A DNA stretch of 20,000 nucleotides. It comes from Microthyrium microscopicum (Eukaryota). How positions within the stretch are numbered: the stretch's first letter is position 1; each line of letters starts with the position of its first letter. The stretch spans positions 1,150,668-1,170,667 of the forward strand of contig MU004242.1 of NCBI GenBank assembly GCA_010405405.1, written 5' to 3'. The notes beneath the pieces were generated by a model. It was not told the DNA's origin and did not search any database. It saw only the letters and a list, made by a program, of their open reading frames with translations. Shown piece by piece: positions 10,056 to 20,000 of the stretch. Made by a program: the position numbers and the translations under genes.

Positions 10056-10969
10056 GCAACCAGAGTGGAGTGCGCACAAGCATGAAAGCATGGGGGGTGG
10101 GCATGGCAACTGCGGCACCCCATCACGATGGAGGCCAGAGCCAGACCATTTGGACCGCCCGTAGGTTTCCGAAACGCACGTTGCGTCCAGGGATCGGTTG
10201 AAGTCCATAACAGCGGCGGCAGTGAGGAAGCGCATGTATTTGGCGCGGTTCCAGAGGCACAACCTGTGCGTAGGCGGGAGGCAAATTGTAAGGGGCATAG
10301 TGATAATCGATGCGCAGTAGCGGCGCAACAGTGTACGAGCGACAGAGCAGAAAGAAAAGTTCGCGATAGATATGGTGTATAAAAAGCGCGGCAAGTAAGC
10401 AGTAAGGGGATACGCGGTGTGCAAGTAGGAAGCAGAAATCAGCAAGTAATACGGAAAAATAGTAACGAAGGTCAAGACGCAGGGTAAGGGGAAGCAGATT
10501 GATGGTGGAAAACGATGGTGAAGTAGCGAGTGATGTAGAAAATGCGCGACGGATGAGATGCACGGTAAGCGGGCGGGAAGCAGATTGAAGTTGGCAGCAA
10601 ACAATATGCAGCGTATAAGCAAGAAGTAGATTAAGAAAATAGTAATAGAGTTAGTAGTTAATTATACACATAGTGTGCAGTTTAAATTATTATTTTATTA
10701 GAGAAGAGGGTAGGAGATAGTTTAAGTATAATTACTAATAACTAACTTATTATTATTCTATTATAAAAATATTTAACTTAGTATATAACTTATATAGACT
10801 AACTTTAAACCTTATATACTTTATAATAAATTAAATAAATCTTAGGTTAACTTTATTTTTAACTAATTAAATAATTTATTAAATACTAACGTACTAGCTA
10901 TATATATAGCTTTATAATACATAATATTAAGTTATACTTTAAGCCTACTTACTTCTAAATATATATTAC

Positions 10970-11610
10970 TCTTATTATAGTATATATATTCTACTATATT
11001 TAGGTATAAAACTATTTATAATTTAGCTCTAATATTTCTTTATAGCTATATTATATATACTCTAATACTTATAAATATAAAGCTATTTTTAAATTAGCTA
11101 TACCTAATATTCTATAATAGCTATAGTATATATATTTAACTACTTATAAATATAAAACTATTTATAATTTAGCTATAATAACTTCTAATAGCTATAGTAT
11201 ATATACTTTACTACTTATAGATATAAAACTATTTATAAATTAGCTATAATATTCTATAATAGCTATAGTATATATACTTAACTATTTTTAGATATAAAAC
11301 TATTTTATTTAACTATAGTATTTTACTATAGCTATAGTATATATACTCTATAATATATAGATATAAAACTATTTATAATTTAGCTATAATAACCCTTAAT
11401 AGCTATAATATATATATTCTACTATATATAAATATAAAACTATTTCTAATTTAACTATAGTATTTTATAATAGCTATAGTATATATACTCTATTATATAT
11501 AGATATAAAACTATTTATAATTTACTTATTATATACTATAATAGCTATAGTATATATACTTTATTATTATATATATAAAACTTTTTTAAAATTCTTTTAT
11601 AATTTAGCTA
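10970..11610. repeat. RIP-mutated tandem array (minisatellite), unit ~71 bp, about 9 copies
   Basis: The anchor TATAAAACT (one copy TATAAAGCT) recurs at 11005, 11076, 11151, 11222, 11293, 11362, 11433, 11504 and 11574, giving spacings of 71, 75, 71, 71, 69, 71, 71 and 70. The consensus is approximately ATAGCTATAGTATATATACTCTACTATATATAGATATAAAACTATTTATAATTTAGCTATAATATTCTATA. Confidence 0.88.
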
Positions 11611-13656
11611 TAACTTATTAATCTATATTTAGTATATACTTTATAGATTATACTAATAAATAATTAAGACTATAATCTATTTTTAGATAATAGTATAAAT
11701 TTTATTATAAATTAACTTTAATTATTATATTACTAATCTTTATATTAATAATTATTAAGAAAGTAGTAGCTATTTATAAATTAGCTTAGTTCTTTAATTC
11801 TAATAATATATATACTTTAATAGGTATAAAGTTAATTATTTAAAGTATTTACTAAAGCTAATAAGTAGTAGTATATAGAATAAGAGATTTACTACTAAGA
11901 TAGTAAGTTATTTTCTAGTTCTAGGTACTTATTAAATAAGTTCTACTTTTAAATAGGGCTAATATCTTCTAAATAAAGTAGTTCTTACTATTAATTTATA
12001 AAATATAGAAAAACTAGCTTAACTAAAAGAGACTTATAACTAAAAGATTACTAATATAATAAATACCTAGTTTAGTAATAATAAAAAGCTTAAGGCTATA
12101 GATATAAAACTATATTTAGAGAATCTATAAGCTAAACGTATATTAGATAATTTATAAAGTAATAATATAGTAGAGACTACTAAAGAGTAATAGGCTTATA
12201 TTTTATAAAAGAAGGCTACTTATACTATTAATTATTACTATAGTAAAGAAAGTATATTAGTAAAAGAAAGAAGTATATAATTATTTTACTTTTAAAATAT
12301 TACTTTAAGAGATAATAAAATTAGTATAGAAGCCTATAAAATAAGGTAAAAATAGAAAAGTAGCTATAAATTCTTTAATCTAATATTTTAAATATTACTT
12401 TAAAACTACTTACTTTATTAGTTAGATTTTATATATCTAAGATATATAAAAAGTATTTATTACTTTATTTCCTTAATTACTAATAAATATACTTTATTAA
12501 ATTACCTAATTTTTACTTCTATTCTCTTTTTATTATATAGTTACTTTTTAGTATCTATAATATTAAATCTCTTTTATATCTACTTCTTACTTATTCTTTA
12601 TAATCTTTACTACGTCTTCTTAGATATATTAAAAAAGATTTATAAAATATATACTTACTTTTCTTTACTATTTTTATTACTACTTTCTTAGTAACTTTTA
12701 CTTTAATACTTAATAAAGATTATAGAAGTATATATCTAGTTATAACTTAGAGAATAAACTCTTAAGCTAAGTAAGCTAATATTATTTATAGCTTATAGTT
12801 TAATAAAGCTATAAAGTTATTAGTACTTTATTATAATACTTAACTATATTTATAGATTATAATATAAGAATAGGTATTATATTCTAAATTATAGCCTACT
12901 ATCTAAAATCTTATATATTTATATTAAAATATAAGTACTTAATAGTAAGAAAACCTAAATTATATTAGAAAAGATTAAAATAGAAATAATTTAGAATTAT
13001 ATTAGTACTAAAGAACTTTAAGTTATCTAAGTAACTTCTTATTATAATACTAGCTTATTTAATAGTAAAGAGTAATCTATTAATTTATTAATTACTAAGT
13101 CTATATCTAAACTATATATAATTATAAAGGTCTAATCTATATAGCTCTTACTTTTAATATATATAGATAATCTAAAAATAAATATAATAACTTCTAATTA
13201 TTTTATATTATTATCTAATACTATTTAATTATATTTTTACTTTACTTATAGCTATCTTATTCTTAACCTACTACCTAAAATCCTATATATATTAATATAA
13301 TAAAAGAAAAATAATAAAGTATAAAAGGTAATTTTTAGAATTAAATACTAAGTAGATAACCTTTCTAGATTACTTTAGTAAGTAAGATATAATAGCTAAT
13401 ACTATTAAAGGATATTAGGAATATAATTATACTAATACTATATTTATTATATTTTTATAATATATATACTTTAGCGTTTCTATATAATAGAAACTATTAT
13501 ATCTTTTAGTATATACTTATCTACCTAGGTATATTATTTAGGTTTATAATAAGATTAAAATACTTTTATATAAGTAAAGAATTATTTATATATTATTTAA
13601 ATACTTAACTAATACTTAAATATTTCTTCTCCTTCTTTTAAAGAAACCTTTTAATA

Positions 13657-14383
13657 GAGACTTTCTAAACGGCCCCTAGCTTCCAGCTAATCTGCTTATA
13701 GTTTCTAGCTAATCTGCTCCTATAGTATCTAAAGCTAAGATCTTAGAGTATAGTACCCTAACGCTAATTAAAAGTAGACTAGTCTTATCTACATTAAGCT
13801 TAGTCTAAGCTATATTACAGTAAAGTTAGCTACTAGCGTTAAGACCTACGTAATAATTCCTTAACGTTATTACAACAGAATTCCTCCAAAACTACACCCT
13901 TTAGCTCGATTAACACTATAATACAGAGGGCGCGAAGGGCGCGGATCTCGTAGAAGACGTTAATAAGGAGAAGAGCTCGTAGTAAGTAATTACAATACGG
14001 GGTTAGGATAGGATGTAGAATACTTAATTTATTACTACCGTATACTAAAAACGGGGTCGAGATACGTTGCTAAATAATTGTTTTATACTTTAAAAACAGT
14101 AAAGAGATATTATACAGTTAGGATTCTATAGATCTTATAGTTTTACGCCCAAAATTATAGAATCCTTAGGATTGTAGCTTTAAAGCTACTAGTGTAGTTT
14201 TATCTTAGATCTTTGGATACTAAAGTTATACTCTAGTACTATTGTAATACTATGAATTTCTTTATTACGAACTTTCTATTTAGGAATAGCTTTAGAATAT
14301 CTTAGCTTTAGATACTATAGGAGCAAATTAGCTGGAAGTAAAGGGTAGATTAGCTAGAAAGTAGAGGCTATTTAGTAAGTCTC
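13657..14383. mobile_element. Non-autonomous Mutator-like (MULE) TIR element / MITE, 727 bp, with 85-bp TIRs and a 9-bp TSD
   Basis: The left TIR (13657-13741, GAGACTTTCTAAACGG...GCTCCTATAGTATCTAAAGCTAAGAT) and right TIR (14299-14383) align ungapped with 69/85 matches by hand count. The inner 27 bp are identical, and 12 of the 16 mismatches are transitions. A perfect flanking duplication CTTTTAATA lies at 13648-13656 and 14384-14392. A 9-bp TSD with long G-starting TIRs is the established Mutator hallmark. Confidence 0.88.
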
Positions 14384-17300
14384 CTTTTAATATATAAATA
14401 TATATATATTAAAATAAGTTATAGTAGCGTATTTTATACTAATTAAGATAAGTCTATATATAAATAAAACTAAAGCGCTTATAAATTTTATAAATATTAG
14501 TATAAGTCTATATTTATAGTAGTTTCTATATATTTCTATAGCCTATTTATATAATTTATAGTAATATCTATCTATTTTAATTAAGAAAAGTTAGAAATAA
14601 GTAAGTATATTTTACTAATTATTTTTAAGGTTTAATTATTATTAGTATTTAGCTTTATAATTTTAGTAAGCTAACTAAAGAAGTATATTATAATTATTCT
14701 CTATAAGCCTACTAGTTTTAATTAAATTAGTCTATTTTAATTATTACTATAATTATATAATCCTACTAGCATATATTAAATAGTACTAAAGTAATTATAA
14801 GAATTTAATATATATCTATATATATAAAATACTATTTAATATTATTATTCTTTTTTTTATTCTATACTCTCTCTATTATTTACTCTTTATTTTAAATTTT
14901 AGTTTCTAATATATATACTCTATTACTATTATTCTATATAGAGCTAATATATAATAAAAACTAACTTTAGTATACTTATTAAATTAGTAATTATTAAGTA
15001 AGTTTAAATCTTTTTACTCTTTTATACTTACTAATAAAACTTTAATTAGAAAGACGTAGTAAGTAAAATATTAATTAAATATTCTATTTAACTAGTAAAA
15101 AAGAAAATCTTTATATAAGTCTAATATATATCTAAGAACTCTCTCTTTTAATATATCCTTATTAAATAACTAATAATATAAAGACTACTAAATATTTATA
15201 AAACTATAGCTACTTTTATAACTAACTAGAATAATCCTTATTATTACTAGCTACTAACTATTATTCCTAAAACTATAGTAACTACTTTAACTAGTAATAT
15301 TCTTTATCCTTTTTTATTACTAACTTATATTATATAAGACTTATTTAAGTACTAATATAAATATAATTATATAGAATATTACTTCTATATTATTATAGAA
15401 GGCTTAGTCTATAATTTTTTATTAGACCTATATTTAAGACTAAATCTTTTATATATATTTAAGCTTAATAGTAAAATCCTATTATTAAGCTATAAGGAAT
15501 TTAAGCTTAATACTATTTATAGCTTAACTAATTTAATAAATATACCTATTTCTAAGTTTTTCTACTTTTTAAAATTAGTAGAATATAATAAATAGTAGGT
15601 AAATAGTATATTAGGCTAATAACTACTTAGTATAAAATTTTTTTTTTATTTATAGATTTTAAACTTTTAGCACTTAATATTATAATATAATACTATAGTT
15701 AAGCTTATTTAATAAGCTAACCTAGGTAGATAGATTAAGGCTAATTCCCTTTAGAAAATTTAATATTTTAAATACTTTATTAACTTTATTTTATAGCTTA
15801 ATTCTTTTCCTTAAGGTATTAAAAATATATTTACTACTAAATTTAATACTTCTCTATATCTTTACAAAAAATTAATTAATACTAGTAATAAGTAACTATA
15901 TTTTAATCTATATTATTTATCTAATATTAATAATAACTATCTACTACTTTTATATTTATCTTTCTTAGTATAAGACTTTAATTATACTAATTATTTTAGT
16001 AAAATTTTAATATAAATCTAGTTAAAGTATTAAGGAAACTATATATTATCTCTTAATAAGTTAATTATAAAAAAAATAGAAAAGAAAATAGTTAATTTAT
16101 ATTAAGTATATTTACTATACTAAAGTAATATTATAGTAAAAAATTAGATAGAAAGTAGCTTAGAACCTATAAGTAATTAGGAAGTAAATAGTATATATTA
16201 TTAGACTATCTAAGTAAGTAATTAGCCTAAGTAGGTAACTAAGTAAACTACCTAATTAACTAATCTAAGATAACTTAATTTTCTTTACTTAATCTTTATA
16301 TTTTTTATTTTTCTTCCTTATTACCTTTACTTTATATTATTACTTCCTTCTTTAACTAAATATAGTCTAATCTATAGTAATAGTATAATAAACTTATCCT
16401 TACTAATAAGTCTAAGGCTTAGTATTTTTTTAATTTTTTTAATTTCTTCTTCTTACTTTTAAAAATACTTTTCTTTATCTTTAAATATACTTTAACCTTT
16501 TATAAAGCTTTTCTATTTATAGAATATACTCTACTATCTATTATTATACTTCTATTATATTATAAAAAGTTAAAGAAACTTAATCTAGTAGTTAGTATTT
16601 TTACTATTTAAGTAAGAATAAAAGTAAATAATTTATAAATATATATAGGGCTAGTTAACCTAACCTTATTATTAAAGTTACTTCTACTATTATAAGTAAC
16701 TTTTATATCTATCTATAAACTTATAACTACTTTACTAGTATAATATAGTATAATTAGTCTATACTTAATAATATATTTATAAAACTAATTAACTTTAACG
16801 TTACTTAACTAAAGTTAACCTAAAACTATACTAAATAGAAATAAAAATTTAATTAAATTAAAAACTAGAAAAAACTTATAGCTTTATTAAAAGTAGAAAT
16901 ATAAGTATATAGCTACTATAAGTAGATAAACTACTTCTATCCTAAATAAAAGTTAGACCTTATCTTATATAATAATAAAAGAATAGCTACTAATAATTAT
17001 CTAAATAAAATATAAAATAGAAAAAGAATTATAACTCTTAAAGATATTAAATATAGTTAAGTATTATAAAACTATACTAGTAATATAAGTAATACTAGAT
17101 TTAAATAATAGAAGTATAAAAATATAAGAATAAGAACCTAAGAGTTACTACCTTATATTATTTACTAAGGCCTAGGCTTTATAAATTAATAAATAAGTAA
17201 AGAAAACTAAGGTAAGTATAGAAAAGAACTATATAATTTAGAATATATAGAATATATTCTACTTAGTAGACTACTAGTAATATCTTTTATATACTTTATA

Positions 17301-18375
17301 ACTAGATTAAGAAATAGAAATTTATTCCTTAACTTATAACAAGGAAAAGAATAAGAATAGAAATAAAAATAAAAATAAAGCTTTTTATAAGCTAATAAAG
17401 ACTTTAATAATTAAGACGTTAGAATTATTTCTTTTTTTATAAGCTAACTATAATAAGATAGTTTAGCTATATTTATTAAAGCATTATAAATAAGTAATAT
17501 AGTTTATATATACTTATAAAATAATAAACTTTATTTATTTTCTTACTACTAAGAATAAAAAGTAAATTAAATAAGCTAGTATAAAGTACTTTAGTATTAT
17601 TATAAAAAAGTATAAGATATCTCTATTCTTTTCTATAAGTTACTATTTAGTATATAAGAACTTACTACCTAAAATATATAAAATAATTTTTCTAATAATT
17701 TTTAAGAAAAATACTTACCTAAAGCTAACTAAAGCTTTTATTAATATATTTAATAAGTATCTTATATTAATAAACCTAGTAAATAGGCCTATACTTATAT
17801 ATAATAACCTTTACTTACTATTTAGATCTAATCTTTTTTAAAAATAGTAAAACTATAAATATAGCTAGAAATTCTTATATTTCTAATAAAATAACTAAGT
17901 AGCTAAGATTATAATACGAGTTAGGTCTATACTTTAAAGTAAATTAATTATACTTATTAAAAATATTATTAAGACTAAAATAATTATAAAGCTTTAAAAG
18001 TTATAAAAGAATACTTATACTACTAGAGTTATAGCTTAAAATAAATTATAGAAGTATAAACTAGTATAGCTATTATAATACTAATATATACTTATTAATT
18101 ACTATAATATATATAAAATATTATTATCTTTATTTAGTTTATATAATATAAAAGTAAATATATTATTTACTAAACTTTTATCTAACTAAGTAGTTTAAGA
18201 AAATATATTAAATTATTTATATACTAATTAAATCTCTAAATACTAGCTTATTATTAGTTTAATAAATATAAAATAGTAAATAGACTATAGGTAATATCTA
18301 TAATAAAGTATATAAGTAAAAAAGAAAAAAGGATAAAGAAAGAGAGAAAAGCGTAAAATAAAACCTAAACTCTAA

Positions 18376-18922
18376 NNNNNNNNNNNNNNNNNNNNNNNNN
18401 NNNNNNNNNNNNNNNNNNNNNNNNNNNNNNNNNNNNNNNNNNNNNNNNNNNNNNNNNNNNNNNNNNNNNNNNNNNNNNNNNNNNNNNNNNNNNNNNNNNN
18501 NNNNNNNNNNNNNNNNNNNNNNNNNNNNNNNNNNNNNNNNNNNNNNNNNNNNNNNNNNNNNNNNNNNNNNNNNNNNNNNNNNNNNNNNNNNNNNNNNNNN
18601 NNNNNNNNNNNNNNNNNNNNNNNNNNNNNNNNNNNNNNNNNNNNNNNNNNNNNNNNNNNNNNNNNNNNNNNNNNNNNNNNNNNNNNNNNNNNNNNNNNNN
18701 NNNNNNNNNNNNNNNNNNNNNNNNNNNNNNNNNNNNNNNNNNNNNNNNNNNNNNNNNNNNNNNNNNNNNNNNNNNNNNNNNNNNNNNNNNNNNNNNNNNN
18801 NNNNNNNNNNNNNNNNNNNNNNNNNNNNNNNNNNNNNNNNNNNNNNNNNNNNNNNNNNNNNNNNNNNNNNNNNNNNNNNNNNNNNNNNNNNNNNNNNNNN
18901 NNNNNNNNNNNNNNNNNNNNNN
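18376..18922. other. Assembly gap (N run)
   Basis: 547 consecutive N bases. Confidence 0.99.
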
Positions 18923-20000
18923 TATTATTAATTAAGAGTCTACCTATACTAAGGCTAGCTAGTTTATTCTTATAGTCTACTAATACCTAAAGATTCCTAC
19001 CTTGTAGTAAGATATAAAACTTAATTTTTATTCTCTCTACTTATTTTCTTTTTTACTCTTATTAAACTAATAAAACTAATTAGTATTAGTATATATACTA
19101 CTACCTATTTTATATAGCTATATTAATTCCCTATAAGCTATTCTACTTATAAGCTAAATTACTAATAAAATTAGTCCTACTATAAGTCTTTATTTTTAAT
19201 TAATATTAATATTTAACTAAAATATATTAGCCTCTCTTTTAGTAATAATATAACTTTATACTAAGTAGAGCGTAGGTATAAAAATAAAAATATCTTTATA
19301 TATAGTCTATCTATTAGTTAACTATTTAATTTTACTATATACTTTAAAGATAAGCCTCTCTTTTACTTATTTATACTAAATAAGGCAATTTATAATATTA
19401 CTATTTAACTAGCCTCTACTCTTTTATTTATTATAATATATTAGAGCTTAGACGCTACTTATTATACTATAAATAATTAATAGCTAAATTATTTTAAGTT
19501 TAAAAGTATTAATAATTTTATAGACTTTACTTAAATTTTCTACTATAAAGAAATAGTAGCTACTTATTTATACTTATATAAGCTTTATAAGAGTTAGATA
19601 GCTTAATATTTAGAGTATAACTTTACTAGTTTTAAAAAAGTATACTTTTACGTACTAAAGCTTAGCCTTATTAAAAAGTTTTTACTAAAGTATTATTAAC
19701 TTAAGTATACTCCTATTTTGTAAAATAAATATTAATATAAATTACTATAGACTAATAACTATAAGTATATTATTTAAGTAGGCTATAATAAGTTCTAGTT
19801 AGTAAGCTTAGTTAATTTAGATAATATTCTTAAAATATACTATAAAAAATAGCTAGGTATAAATTAGATAAGTTTAATAATTTCTTAAGTTAAATTAATC
19901 TTAGATAATAAGTATATTACTTTACTTAGTAAAAGTTTAGTAGTATTTTAGAGTAGATAGACTTAGAAAATAATTTATATTATATATATTTAGTAACTAT

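Larger units (their letters stand above)
10620..20000. other. AT-rich, RIP-degenerated block (probably nested transposon relics / heterochromatin)
   Basis: Abrupt compositional switch at ~10,620-10,680. TpA is pervasive, CpA/TpG are nearly absent, and residual C/G occur mostly in contexts such as CT, AG, CC and AGCT. The ORF track reports no ORF beyond 10,622. This matches the established CpA-to-TpA RIP signature of Pezizomycotina. Confidence 0.92.

Noticed and set aside
9948..10622. 224-aa minus-strand ORF
   Set aside because: It has a non-ATG start at the RIP boundary, and its N-terminal half is just the translation of a CT-rich tract. No recognisable domain, so it is not called as a CDS.
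10970..11610. CRISPR-like interpretation of the periodic array
   Set aside because: The context is eukaryotic, whole units are homologous with no unique spacers, and there are no cas genes. It is a tandem repeat.
11700..13600. Ghost coding-like stretches (Lys/Glu-rich on the plus strand around 11,980-12,280) in the AT block
   Set aside because: Too heavily mutated to assign a frame or family by eye. No RT, integrase or transposase motif could be read with confidence.
10620..20000. Organellar (mitochondrial) insertion or AT-rich contaminant as the cause of the AT block
   Set aside because: The specific CpA/TpG depletion with TpA excess, the lack of ORFs or tRNA/rRNA, and the embedded TE structure point to RIP instead.

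Overview
This window is from a filamentous ascomycete (Pezizomycotina-type) genome and has two parts. Bases 1-~10,620 are roughly GC-balanced. They contain one intact single-exon zf-MYND gene (3215-4420, minus strand) and a divergently transcribed large spliced pseudogene (4719-8571, about 1,230 aa when reconstructed). The pseudogene has an N-terminal ParB/sulfiredoxin-like 'GQHRxxA' domain resembling the Starship-associated DUF3723 proteins. Two copies of a GC-rich palindrome (one a perfect 16-mer) sit in the promoter shared by these two genes. From ~10,620 to the end the DNA is extremely AT-rich, TpA-rich and CpA/TpG-depleted, the signature of repeat-induced point mutation (RIP). This block holds a ~71-bp tandem array near its left edge, a 727-bp non-autonomous Mutator-like element (85-bp TIRs, perfect 9-bp TSD) and an assembly gap (18376-18922). 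Family assignments come from motif recognition by eye, not from database searches.
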